Origin: an uncultured virus (IMG/VR IMGVR_UViG_3300033998_000157)
Lineage: Duplodnaviria; Heunggongvirae; Uroviricota; Caudoviricetes
Reading direction: 5' to 3' (one strand)
Virus record (IMG/VR): IMGVR_UViG_3300033998_000157
Length of the DNA stretch: 64,000 bases
A program made the translations under genes and the position numbers. The notes beneath the pieces are model-generated. The model did no database searches. It was given only the letters and a program-made list of their open reading frames with translations, and was not told where the DNA came from. Below, piece after piece: positions 19,643 through 30,215 of this stretch; within the stretch, counting starts at the first letter, position 1; each line of letters starts with the position of its first letter.

Positions 19643-20524
19643 ACCACGTTTTAAAGAACTGCTTAGCGCGATTAACTCGGTAGTATCGTTAAATGGTTTC
19701 ATAAAACTAACTGCTCCAGAAGAATTTCCTTTTATTGTACTTACAAAAGCATATTTGCTTCTTAATTTTGAGAAGTTAACTCCAAAACCACCTGCATGTC
19801 TGAATACATGTGCTTGTTTTCTTAGCATATCATAAATATCATTTGTATCATCTTCAATAGAACCCATTGAATAACAACTACCATATGCTGGATCATTTAC
19901 TTCAGATAATACTTGCCAATCATCAAATGTCATTTCCGAATAATCTTTGTACAATAATTTCACTTCTGGTTGATCCATAATTGCTCTTCCTGCGTTAAAC
20001 ATAAATGGCGATGAAGGTAAGAATATTAAGTTAGCAATAGCATCTTCAACTGCTTTTGCAAATGTGTTTAAGAATTCTAACTTCTCTTCTTCTGAAGCAT
20101 ATCTAAACAAATCTAACCATTCAGTTTCTTTTACACCTTGCATGTATGGATTTAATATATTTAAAAATCCAGTCGCAATTCTTTTCGCTGTTCTTCTTGC
20201 AAGCATTCTAAATGTTTCTGCGTAATATTCTTCTCCTATATAATTACCGTCTTTATCTTTAACATTTATTCTTTGAACTTGTTTATCTTGTATCATTTCG
20301 ATACAATACATGATTTTTTCAAATCTATCATCAGTTAATCCCATTTCTTCTGCAAATGCTTTTGGGTATTTGAATAAGTATCTTTCATATAATAATTGTT
20401 TTACGTGTGGTTTTGCTAATACTTTTTGTGAATCATAAACTCTATTTGATAAGATTTCTTTTATTGTATTTTCAAAAGTTGACATGAATAATATATCTAA
20501 ATCATTAGATACAGAAGTTTTCAT
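19643..20524 (-). CDS. nrdJ: class II ribonucleotide reductase, exon 1
   Basis: LYERYL, FLPSSPFMFNAG, GSCY, AGGFGVNFSKLR, SSGAVSFM, KRG. Confidence 0.92.
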
Positions 20525-20537
20525 GCTCTCTACCTCC

Positions 20538-20876
20538 TTAATATATAAATAGTTTTTCTAAATTATCTTCGTAAAAAATCCATTCTTCTTTTTCACTATC
20601 CCATTTTAATACTAATAATCCATTAAAATATACTTCTATATCTTTTTCGTAATCATATACTTCTAAATCAAGCCAATTGCTACCTAAGTTGTATTCAGAA
20701 GGCTCATATATAGAAAATACGTGCATTGGACTTAATTCAGGGTTTTCATTTACATCATACAATAATCTAATGGAATTAACTTTTTCTATTTTAAAATATT
20801 CGACCGTTTGACCATTTTTTATTTTTACTATTAAATCATCAATAAGAGTGCATGTTCCAGTATTTTTGTCGTACAT
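20538..20876 (-). CDS. hypothetical protein
   Basis: 112-aa ORF between thyX and nrdJ, GGAG RBS. Confidence 0.65.
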   Translation of the reverse strand: MYDKNTGTCTLIDDLIVKIKNGQTVEYFKIEKVNSIRLLYDVNENPELSPMHVFSIYEPSEYNLGSNWLDLEVYDYEKDIEVYFNGLLVLKWDSEKEEWIFYEDNLEKLFIY

Positions 20877-20889
20877 ATAATCATCTCCA

Positions 20890-21573
20890 TTATATTTTCA
20901 ATAAATCTCCTCTATACTCATATGTCATAAATGCTTCATATGTCCATGGCAATTTTGTTTTAAATATTTCTGCTAATGCTAAAGCATATTGTTGAATTTC
21001 CCATTGAGCATGTGAATCGGCCCTTAAATTTAAAAAATTCATTAAAGCTCTTGTATTTACAGTCCAATAGAACTGTGTGTATTGTCCTACTGGTAATACC
21101 ATTCGTGCCATTTCTCTTGCAACACCGTGAGACAATAACTCTTTGTAAATCTTGTAAGCATAATCGTAAGCATATGTTATAAGTTTTATATCTTCTTTAG
21201 TTAATTCCTTATTAGTACTAATAATAGAACCTTGCTTATTTTTTGTATCTTGAGTTCTGATGTGATCAGGAACATAAAATTCTTCTGCAAATTTAGTTGT
21301 ATATCTTCTTGAGACTTCGTTGTAGCTTGACACTCTATGCCTCATCCATTGACGAGCTATAAAAATAGGGGTTTTTATATGAAATGTAAATACTTGATGT
21401 TCAAATGGGCTATGATGTTTGTGTTCCATTAAGTAACTAATAAGTTTTTTATCTCTTTCGTCTGTTGATAATTCTTTTCCATAAGAAACTCTTGCAGCTT
21501 TTACGGCAGATCTGTCATCACCCATCAAGTCAACAAGTTTAACAAAACCTTTATCCAAAACATCAATCTGCAC
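20890..21573 (-). CDS. thyX: FAD-dependent thymidylate synthase
   Basis: [47 protein letters not shown]. Confidence 0.97.
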   Translation of the reverse strand: MQIDVLDKGFVKLVDLMGDDRSAVKAARVSYGKELSTDERDKKLISYLMEHKHHSPFEHQVFTFHIKTPIFIARQWMRHRVSSYNEVSRRYTTKFAEEFYVPDHIRTQDTKNKQGSIISTNKELTKEDIKLITYAYDYAYKIYKELLSHGVAREMARMVLPVGQYTQFYWTVNTRALMNFLNLRADSHAQWEIQQYALALAEIFKTKLPWTYEAFMTYEYRGDLLKI

Positions 21574-21677
21574 ATTACCACTCCTTTCTGTTTATGTATA
21601 TTTATTGTAACTTACTCGGCAAGATATAACTTCAACTGTTAATTTATCATTAGAAATAAAAAAGGAGGTTTTTAAAA

Positions 21678-22181
21678 ATGTAGGAATCTATAGAAGAAAT
21701 TGTTAAAAAGATAAATTCTCTTGAAGAACAGTTCAAAGAACAATTTGCTAAATATGACGAAAGCATGCAGTTGGTTCAAATGGTTGTTGAAGATGAAAGC
21801 TCTAAAAATTTAGGGCAAGATAAAACCATTCAAAGATTAAACGAAAAAATTACCATATTAGAACAAAATGTACGAAGGCTGCATGACAGAATTAACGAAT
21901 TACAAGAACATTTAGATAACGGATGGCGACAAGAATTTATTGATATGTTTAAAAGAGATTTCTATGAAATAACTGTCGATATAGTAAATAACTATAATCA
22001 AATTAATAAAGAACAAATGGAAAAGATGTTTGATAGTATGCACAAAAAATATGAGCAAATGTTAGAGTTAGACAAACTGAAAAAGAAAAGAACCATTATA
22101 GATATAAATAAATTATTATATTATTTGTTCAGTACAGGTGGAATACTTTATTTATTAATAACACGTTGGTTTGGAAAATAA
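21678..22181 (+). CDS. coiled-coil protein with C-terminal TM helix (XhlA/holin-like topology); codon 2 is TAG
   Basis: AGGAGG then ATG-TAG-GAA in frame with ORF 21765..22181; GTTAATTTA upstream. Confidence 0.7.
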
Positions 22182-22254
22182 CTGTCTATTTAGGCAGTTA
22201 TTTTTTTATTTATATGCGATAATAATTATGAATTTGATAAAGGGGGTTGATAAC

Positions 22255-22908
22255 ATGAACAGAAATTCATTAGTATCTTTAACAGAAAAATATTCATCTA
22301 ACACAGTATATTATTATGCAAGTAAATTAGCAGAACATGGATTGATTAATAAGAATTTTAAACAACTCACAAGACAAGAAATAGATTTAGTAGATAAATG
22401 TATAAGTTATACTAAAAATCTTCCAGCATCTATAAAACGAAAAGATAGAGTATTTTATTTTATTAATGAATTCAATACAAAGAAGAATACTTATAATTTA
22501 TTTGATGATAGCCATACAAAATCTATAGAACCAGAAGGAGCAATTATAAGAGTGAAAAGAGTAAGCAATGACAACAACGTGTCTGTTATAGATAAAGAAA
22601 TTACAAAAAATACTATGATAAAAAACGAAGTTAATCAAGAAACAAGAAATGAAAATAAAAACATTATACATCTTGAATTAGAAGCATGGGAAATTGTGGA
22701 ATCATATGCAGTTAATAAAGAGAAAGAAATTAAAGAGAATATAACAATTTTAGAAAAAGAATTAGAAAAATATAATACAGTATCAGAAGTAGCAAAGTAT
22801 TTAAAAGAACAACTAAACAATCTGTCAAAAGATTATTACCATTGGGAAAGAATGTATAATTTAGCAAAAATGAAATTACAATATTTACAAGATAAATTAA
22901 AAATATAA
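22255..22908 (+). CDS. hypothetical protein
   Basis: ATG at 22255 after AGGGGG; terminator hairpin follows. Confidence 0.65.
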   Translation: MNRNSLVSLTEKYSSNTVYYYASKLAEHGLINKNFKQLTRQEIDLVDKCISYTKNLPASIKRKDRVFYFINEFNTKKNTYNLFDDSHTKSIEPEGAIIRVKRVSNDNNVSVIDKEITKNTMIKNEVNQETRNENKNIIHLELEAWEIVESYAVNKEKEIKENITILEKELEKYNTVSEVAKYLKEQLNNLSKDYYHWERMYNLAKMKLQYLQDKLKI

Positions 22909-22935
22909 GAAGTGCCTAATGGCACTTCTTTTTTT
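22907..22935. terminator. intrinsic terminator
   Basis: aagaagtgcc-taat-ggcacttctt followed by a T-run. Confidence 0.7.
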
Positions 22936-22986
22936 ATGGTAGTTTTAGCGGTTCAACTTCAGTTAATCTGTATTTACCGAAGTATG

Positions 22987-23163
22987 TTATTTATCTGTAA
23001 CATAATATCCGTTTCCTTTAAATTTTAAACCAAATGCAGATGAATAGTCTCTTTCCATTTCTACACCGCACTCTTCACATTTGGGTTTTTCCTCTGAAAT
23101 CGACTGAGTAAACACTTCAACTTTTTTATCACACTTAGGACACTTGTAGTTATAAATAGGCAC
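22987..23163 (-). CDS. FmdB family zinc-ribbon protein
   Basis: PIYNYKCPKC, CEECG, FKGNGYYVTD. Confidence 0.85.
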   Translation of the reverse strand: MPIYNYKCPKCDKKVEVFTQSISEEKPKCEECGVEMERDYSSAFGLKFKGNGYYVTDK

Positions 23164-23553
23164 TCTCAAATCACCACCTTGTTTTTATTTTAATTATATA
23201 TTTCATTTGATTATATAACTTCTTATAATATATATACCTTATAAGCAAACATCTATATTATTAAATTGTTTTATATTATAAAATAAATAACGTGTTTAAT
23301 ATTAATGCTCTCATATAGAGTTATCTTATCAAAAATACTCTAATTTTGTTTTGCTTTATTTAAAAGAATTATTGCTAATACAAACTTTATTTAATCGCTA
23401 TCAAATTGAGTAAGCTTTTAATATTGAGTTTATTATACATATTAATATACATATATTATATTGATTAATTACACAAAATGATATAACTTTTTTCATTAAA
23501 CACTTGCATTATTTTAAAAAATGTGTTATTATTTATTATATAACTTAATATAA

Positions 23554-24408
23554 GTGGGGGTGATGAAATTGAAAAATGTAATTTCGGTTTACAATTTAAA
23601 AGGGGGAACTGGAAAAACATTTTTTACATTTTTTCTGGCTATGTATTTAAGCAAATTAAAAATTGAACCTAAAATCCTAGTAATCGATACTGACCAGCAG
23701 GCTAATACAACTACACGTTTTATTCGTAATGATTATAAAAATTATGTAGAAAATTATAATATCAGCTTGCTATATAACACAAAGCTTTACAGTGATGATC
23801 CATATAAAATTATATTACCAAGTAAGTTTAATAACATTAAAATTTTGCCTTCTCATTTAATGCTCGCTCAATATGAAGCTAAATCATATAATAATATTAA
23901 AAGTAGCGACAGACTAATGATGTTTACAAATTCAATTAAAAATCAATTTGACTATATTATTATAGACAATCCACCAGCATTTAACATTTTCACTATAAAC
24001 AGCTTTATGGCTTCTGACTACTTATTAGTACCTGTTGTTCCAGAAATAGATTCTTTATCAGGATTAGAACAACTAATATCTATATTTGATAGTGCAAGGT
24101 CTTTTAATGAAGAATTCGAATTATTAGGCATTATATTAAATAACATTGATAAAAGATACAAATCACATATTACAGGCATAGAAGAAACAATGAGAATGTT
24201 TAAGAATGTTACATTGCATCCGATTATAGCTAAAAAAGCTATTTATCAAACATTATTATCAGCTGAAAATACAGATGAATTTGATAGTATAACTAAAAGT
24301 GCGTATGGTACAGCAAAAGAAAGTATCGAAGATATGCAACAGTTAATTAAGAATATTAAGCAACGTATTGATAAACATATATCATTTAAAAGTTTTGTAG
24401 GAGGTTGA
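23554..24408 (+). CDS. parA: ParA/Soj family partition ATPase
   Basis: NLKGGTGKT, VIDTDQQAN, DYIIIDNPP, ASDYLLVP. Confidence 0.92.
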   Translation: MGVMKLKNVISVYNLKGGTGKTFFTFFLAMYLSKLKIEPKILVIDTDQQANTTTRFIRNDYKNYVENYNISLLYNTKLYSDDPYKIILPSKFNNIKILPSHLMLAQYEAKSYNNIKSSDRLMMFTNSIKNQFDYIIIDNPPAFNIFTINSFMASDYLLVPVVPEIDSLSGLEQLISIFDSARSFNEEFELLGIILNNIDKRYKSHITGIEETMRMFKNVTLHPIIAKKAIYQTLLSAENTDEFDSITKSAYGTAKESIEDMQQLIKNIKQRIDKHISFKSFVGG

Positions 24409-24412
24409 TATA

Positions 24413-25396
24413 ATGAGCGATAAATGGTCTCCTAAAAATTTAATTGGAGAAGTAGCTTCAGATAAAAAACAAACTGAAAATAAAGCAGTTGAGGCAACTA
24501 AAAAGAAGTTCGAAAGTATTCAACAAACATTAAAACAAACACAAGAACAACAAACGGAAGAGTATAAAGAAGTACAGTTAAATCCAGAAATAATTCAGTA
24601 TAACTTTGCATTTTATGTAAATATAAATGGGGAAAGATATAATATAGATTTATTTAAAATTGTAAAAGATATTGAAAAGCCACATGAACTAAAAATTATA
24701 TTAGCATTAATGAGAAACGGACTTTACGGGAAAATATCAATGAGAAAATTTGCAGAAGAGATTGATATTCCTTATGGAACATTGGTAAGAAAAATCAAAG
24801 ACTTATATTATTTTATTGATATTGTAGGAAGAGCCGACGGTACATATTATGATTTATATGATTTTATAAATATATATAGCGATAGAGAAATTCAACTAAA
24901 CTATTTATTTATTAATAAAAACAGAATTCACAATCTTTCACCTATTGATAAAATCGGTAAAAAATATATGGTTACAGACTACGTGACTTTAAGAGGAATG
25001 CTATATTTATTAGATTATATTTCTGTTAAAATAACAGAAGATAAAATGCCTAAGGTTTTACATTTTATTCAAAATGATAGTTTTATGAATGCGATAGCTT
25101 TAATTTTATCAATGAACCCACAGGATAGGGAAAATGCTTTATTTAAATATGCATCAAAAGAAAAAGCATTAAAAAGCGAATATCTTACAGCTATTGGTGT
25201 ATTAGATGCTGTTATATATACTATTTTAAACGAAAAACAATTAGATAACTTAGATGAAAAGATAATCGACAGAATATACAATATATTATCTACAAACAAA
25301 GATGAAGTGAATATTGATGAAAAGAAAATCTTTTTAAAGTCAGTGATACATAAAAGCGATACGCTTTTAGAGAGAGCAAAACCTTTTCTGAGTTAA
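24413..25396 (+). CDS. putative partition partner or HTH DNA-binding protein
   Basis: 4 nt after parA; low-complexity N-terminal tail; HTH-like SMRKFAEEIDIPYGTLVRKIKDL. Confidence 0.6.
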   Translation: MSDKWSPKNLIGEVASDKKQTENKAVEATKKKFESIQQTLKQTQEQQTEEYKEVQLNPEIIQYNFAFYVNINGERYNIDLFKIVKDIEKPHELKIILALMRNGLYGKISMRKFAEEIDIPYGTLVRKIKDLYYFIDIVGRADGTYYDLYDFINIYSDREIQLNYLFINKNRIHNLSPIDKIGKKYMVTDYVTLRGMLYLLDYISVKITEDKMPKVLHFIQNDSFMNAIALILSMNPQDRENALFKYASKEKALKSEYLTAIGVLDAVIYTILNEKQLDNLDEKIIDRIYNILSTNKDEVNIDEKKIFLKSVIHKSDTLLERAKPFLS

Positions 25397-25446
25397 TTTA
25401 GAAATGATATTATATAATTATTAAAAAAGAGAAAAGGAGTGATATA

Positions 25447-26262
25447 ATGATTTATAGTTATTCATCTCTAAAAGCGTATGAAATGTGTAAAAGAAAATTC
25501 TTCTTTCAATTTATTGAGAAAGTACCAGTTGAACAAACAGAAGCATTAAGTTTTGGTTCTGTTGTACATGCTATCTTACAAGAAGCTTATAATAATTTAC
25601 AATCTACTGAAATATTGAGTTATAACACTATTAAACCTTTTATATTAAAACACTCTATGTCTGTAAATAAAGATTTAGGCATTAAAATAGATGAACTGTT
25701 TAAAAATATAGATTATTCAACATTAGTTCCTTTGAAATATAAAAAGATTTCTAAATTCGAAACACAAATTTATTTGGATAAAGATTTCAAAAGAACTAAA
25801 GAATATTACAGAGCTAAATTTATGGGTGTTGTTGATGCGTTATTTGTAGTACCAGAAGAGAGAAAAATTATTATAGTAGATTATAAAACTTCTAATTCTA
25901 CATGGGTTGATTGGACGCAATTAAAATTATATAAATACTTGGCGAATAAATCGTTATTAGAAACTGCTCCGATTGATTATTTTGATACAAGATTTATATT
26001 CTTAAAACATAACAAGGTTGAACAAAGCGTTTTCACAAGAGATGAAATAGACGCTCAAATAGAAAATTACTTAACAAATTTGATTGAAAGTGCTGATGCA
26101 GATTATCAAAAATATTTGGAATTGAAAGAAGAAGGTGTCGAAAATGTACATGAAATAATATATTTCCCAACTAAAAACAAATTATGTGATTGGTGTCCAT
26201 TCAATTCATCATGTCCAGCTTTAAAAGTAAAAGAAGAAAATAACAATCAATGGTTCATATAA
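25447..26262 (+). CDS. PD-(D/E)XK nuclease, Cas4/AddB-like
   Basis: SYSSL..Y..C, FGSVVH, GVVD, IVDYKT, QLKLY, CDWCPF..SC. Confidence 0.88.
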   Translation: MIYSYSSLKAYEMCKRKFFFQFIEKVPVEQTEALSFGSVVHAILQEAYNNLQSTEILSYNTIKPFILKHSMSVNKDLGIKIDELFKNIDYSTLVPLKYKKISKFETQIYLDKDFKRTKEYYRAKFMGVVDALFVVPEERKIIIVDYKTSNSTWVDWTQLKLYKYLANKSLLETAPIDYFDTRFIFLKHNKVEQSVFTRDEIDAQIENYLTNLIESADADYQKYLELKEEGVENVHEIIYFPTKNKLCDWCPFNSSCPALKVKEENNNQWFI

Positions 26263-26288
26263 AAAAATGGGAGCTAAAAGCTCCCTTT

Positions 26289-27614
26289 TTATATTTCTGA
26301 AAAATATTTTCCATTTCTGTTAGTACGTATAAATTCTATTACTCTAATGTCAAGATCTATATAATCTTTATTCTGTTTTAAAGCACTACCTATACGCTTT
26401 CCTATTTGTACATTTGCATATTCTGGCATATTATTCTCTTCAATAGCTTTTGATAATTTAAAATATTCAAATCCATTTTCTTGTTTTCGTTTAAATAAAT
26501 CATAATAATAAAATAAAACTTCTGCATATGCTTGTTGATATAATTTAGAAATAATTTGTATATTGTAATTAAACAACCATTTTTCTAATTCATTTGTGTA
26601 TGTTGAACCGCTAATAACTAAATTCTTTAGTAAAAAGTCTTTATCTAAGATCTTATATATTAAACCATATTCATCTTGGAATAAGATTAAATTAATAACA
26701 ATTCGTAAAGTGTCTTGTGAATAATTATATTCTTTTATAAAATTAAGACTTTTTAATTCTTCTAAACTGTTTTTAATACTATCATATATTTTAGCACCTG
26801 GCTTATTTTTATCGTATGATGGGTTTATTTCGTCCATAAAATTAAAAATATTAAATACGTATTCGGATTTATTTTCTATATCAACAATACCTCTTAAATA
26901 TCTGTATATGATTTTTGAATAATCATTCTTTAATTTATTGTAATAATAAACATCCATTTTTATATAATCTTTTGTTATATCAATAAATTGTTCAATAAGA
27001 ACATGGTGAAATTGTACATAAATTTGTCCGTTTGTTATTTCAGCAGTTGTAAGTAAATTTAAAAATATATCTCCCGCATATTTGCTTTTACTATTTTCTA
27101 TATTTTTAGAAGGTATAATATTAAAAGCGTATATATGTACTCCTTGTAATTTACCTAAAGAATTTCTTAAATTTACAAGTGTCTTACCACCATAGTTTCT
27201 ATGTCCGTACATTCTTTCTACAAAATCTGCCACACTCACAGTCACCGAATATTTGGTTTTATCTCCTCGTTCAAAATAAAATGCTATAAGATTCATAAGA
27301 ATTTGTTGATCGAATGTTGTTATATATGTTGCTGAATGTGTATTTCTTACTAAATATACATAATCTTTACCTTCATCATTTGTTCCTGTTTTTTCTTTCA
27401 AAATATATCCAGTATCCATTTTCAGTGTTTTAGCTATTTCGCTTGTTGATGCAAGTTTTAAATTTTTAGATACTTTAGCACTACTTGGGACTATAAAATT
27501 TAATAAATTACCAAATCTATTGTATTCTTTATATGCAAATTCCGAATCAGCATTTTCAATTAAATTGTTATTGTCGTCAGCAATTGGTAATTTAAATTTA
27601 TTGTTATCAGACAT
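26289..27614 (-). CDS. plasmid-type replication initiator protein (Rep)
   Basis: winged-helix Rep-like segments (TFDQQIL, GGKTLVNLRNSLGKL, YNKLKNDYSKIIYRYL); iteron array directly upstream. Confidence 0.7.
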   Translation of the reverse strand: MSDNNKFKLPIADDNNNLIENADSEFAYKEYNRFGNLLNFIVPSSAKVSKNLKLASTSEIAKTLKMDTGYILKEKTGTNDEGKDYVYLVRNTHSATYITTFDQQILMNLIAFYFERGDKTKYSVTVSVADFVERMYGHRNYGGKTLVNLRNSLGKLQGVHIYAFNIIPSKNIENSKSKYAGDIFLNLLTTAEITNGQIYVQFHHVLIEQFIDITKDYIKMDVYYYNKLKNDYSKIIYRYLRGIVDIENKSEYVFNIFNFMDEINPSYDKNKPGAKIYDSIKNSLEELKSLNFIKEYNYSQDTLRIVINLILFQDEYGLIYKILDKDFLLKNLVISGSTYTNELEKWLFNYNIQIISKLYQQAYAEVLFYYYDLFKRKQENGFEYFKLSKAIEENNMPEYANVQIGKRIGSALKQNKDYIDLDIRVIEFIRTNRNGKYFSEI

Positions 27615-27730
27615 AAATGTCCCTCCTAATATTATTTATATATATATTATTATATAGGAGAAACTTTGTTTTGTCAAATATAACATAATACACATTATAA
27701 AAGAATTTGAACAAACATCAACATTATGTA

Positions 27731-28052
27731 TTCCGTATGAAGTACGTATAAATTCCGTTTGAGGTGCGTCACTTTCCGTTTGAAGTACGTATGCAGTTTT
27801 ATAATTTCCGTTTGCAGTCCGTGTAATTTTGTTTAAAGTATGTCATTTTCCGTTTGAAGTACGTAATTATATAATTATACTCAAAAAAGCCATTTTTATT
27901 ATTCAAACACTCTATTTAAAACACTTTAACGTCATACTAATAACAAAAAGTTCCGTTTGAGGTACGTCAGTTTCCGTTTGTAGTCCGTGCCGTTCCGTTT
28001 ATAGTCCGTATGTTTTCCGTTTATAGTCCGTATAGTTTCTGTTTGTAGTCCG
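27731..28052 (+). repeat. iteron array, probable replication origin
   Basis: about 11 direct repeats TTCCGTTTG(A/T)(A/G)GT(A/C)CGT mostly 21-22 bp apart, in two clusters (27731-27863, 27951-28052) around an AT-rich spacer. Confidence 0.85.
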
Positions 28053-28142
28053 AATATTAATAACAAAAAATGGCCTTGGCATATGCCAAGACCAGAAAGG
28101 AGGGGGAATATGTAAAAGGGGGAATAATACTATGAAACTTAT

Positions 28143-28217
28143 TGGTGGAGGCAGCAGGATTCGAACCCGCAACTGCTTGATTTAGAGTCAAGTGTGTTCC
28201 CGTTACACCATGCCCCC
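28143..28217 (-). tRNA. amber-decoding tRNA (anticodon CUA) with alanine identity elements
   Basis: GGGGGCA-TG-GTGT AACGGGA ACAC-A-CTTGA CTCTAAA TCAAG-CAGTT-GCGGG TTCGAAT CCTGC-TGCCTCC-A-CCA; G3.U70, A73, encoded CCA. Confidence 0.95.
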
Positions 28218-28356
28218 AATTCTTACATCTATATTGTAAAATGTGATGACAAAAATAACTTTCAAATTTTGGTAGATATACCCTGAAAGTAAATTAACAT
28301 CTTTCTATTGACGAAATTAGTTAATTCACATAAGAGTAAATAACGGGGGTGAATAT

Positions 28357-29523
28357 ATGGCGTTTGTTATTGACACATCAGCATTTATTATCGGAGCTCA
28401 CAAAAACTTTACAGACGAATTAAAAACCACATTCCAAGTAATCAAAGAACTAGACGGATTAAAAGAAAACCCACGAACTAGAAGAAGATAGTTAGATTAG
28501 CTACAAGATATTGATGAGTTATTAGACGAAGGACTACTACATATTGATATGTATGAGTATGAGACAACTGATATTTCTGTTATTGAAATTGCTACAGACG
28601 ACGATATTATATTAACAACAGACACATAGTTATATTTAAGGTAGAAAATACTTGGTAAGAAATGTGAGTTATTACAAGAATGTCATCCAGAACATGTTAC
28701 TAACCCTGTTAAAGATGTGTATGTTGATAAAGATTTGAGTGGGAAAGAATTAGAAGTAGATTGGAAAATGCCTAAATATACTTATGTGAAATTATCTAAT
28801 GGAATATCAACAAGATTAGGAAAATATGTTGGTGGCAAAATTGAATATATTGATAAGTCAAGTTTTAGAGTAGGAGATATAAAAGTAGAATCTAAATGTA
28901 TGGAACAAACAATGTTAATAGATTAGTTATTAGATATACGTATTCCGCTTGTAACTGTTATTGGTCCAGCTGGGTCTGGTAAAACATTCATAACATTATA
29001 GAGTGCTCTCTATTTAGTCGAGAAGGGGCTTTATGGAAAGATTATTGTGTAGGTACCACCTGTACAATTAGGAGGAAAAGATAGATACGGATATTTGCCT
29101 GGAAGTTTAGAAGAAAAAACAATAAAACAATTTTCAGGTATTATAGATAATTTAGAAACATTGTTAGGTAAAGAAGCTAAACTTAGAATAGAGGCATAGA
29201 TAAAAGGTGAAGATGAAATATTTGAAATACAATCATTTTAGAATATAAGAGGACGTTCTATAAAAAATTAGATTATTATTGTAGATGAATCCCAAAACAC
29301 AGATCCATTAGAATTAAAAACATTCTTAACTCGTGTTGATTTGGGATCTAAAATAATATTATTAGGAGACGTAGAACAAATCGATATAAAAAACAGGAGT
29401 TTAGAAAATAACGGTTTGTTGCACGTCGCTGATAAAATGTATGATTCTGATGTATAGACAAATATTGTACTTACTAAAACATACAGATCGTAGTTAGCAG
29501 AAGAATAGATAAACAGATTATAA
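28357..29523 (+). CDS. phoH: PIN-PhoH protein; TAG-recoded
   Basis: VIDTS, VIKELDGLK, TTD (PIN); GPAGSGKT, GYLPG, IRGRS, IVDESQN, LTRV..GSKIILLGDVEQID (PhoH); 388 aa with TAG as sense. Confidence 0.93.
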
Positions 29524-29548
29524 AATAACCGCCTTTAAGGCGGTTTCT

Positions 29549-30121
29549 TTATAGTTCTTGATTCACATATATTGTATTCTTTTTGAGAAATTTGATTTTT
29601 GCGTTGAATTCATGTACAAAATCATTTTTATCTACTATTTCAAAAACATTATCTGTTATCCAATCGCCAGTTGAATTATAATCATCATTTCCAAATCCAA
29701 TACAGAATATATTATTTATATCAATACTAATAATGCTAAAGCTATTTAAGAATGTAAAGTTGCCAGCATATGGATATCTTAATTCATAATATTTAAAATC
29801 ATCATCTAATAATTTATATGCTTCGTGCAACCGTTCTACTTCCATATAAAATTGTATAAATATTTGTGCTTTTGTTACTAACTCATTGTTCTTTATTTTA
29901 AATAACAAATCTAACAAATCTTCATCTATATCAAATGTATTAAGTTCTTCTCTAAAAAACTCTTCTCCTATAAATTTACCGCATGTTTCTTTTCGATAAT
30001 ATATAATGATAGAACCGTTTTTATTATAATAATCATACGGAAATTGTATAAAAGCATCTGTGGGAAAATCAAGAATACAATAATCATTTTTCTATAAATT
30101 TGTTGAATAGTATCCTATCAT
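29549..30121 (-). CDS. hypothetical protein; 1 in-frame TAG
   Basis: GAGGTG RBS and ATG at 30121, in frame with ORF 29549..29917 through one TAG. Confidence 0.65.
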
Positions 30122-30215
30122 CCTATCACCTCTTTTTTGTATTTTTATTATATTATAAAACATCAATAGAATAATAAGTTAATTAACAATAAAGTAGGAA
30201 AAAGGAGGTTAAATT

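Noticed and set aside
25447..26262. Cas4 of a CRISPR-Cas locus
   Set aside because: No cas1, cas2 or array nearby; solo PD-(D/E)XK nucleases are common in phages
27731..28052. CRISPR array
   Set aside because: Units of about 17 bp with 4-5 bp gaps beside a Rep-like gene fit iterons, not repeat-spacer structure
28143..28217. Standard TAG=Gln (code 15), or pyrrolysine decoding
   Set aside because: The tRNA has G1-C72, G3.U70 and A73 rather than the U1-A72/G73 Gln set, lacks tRNA-Pyl architecture, no pyl genes are seen, and conserved columns favour Ala
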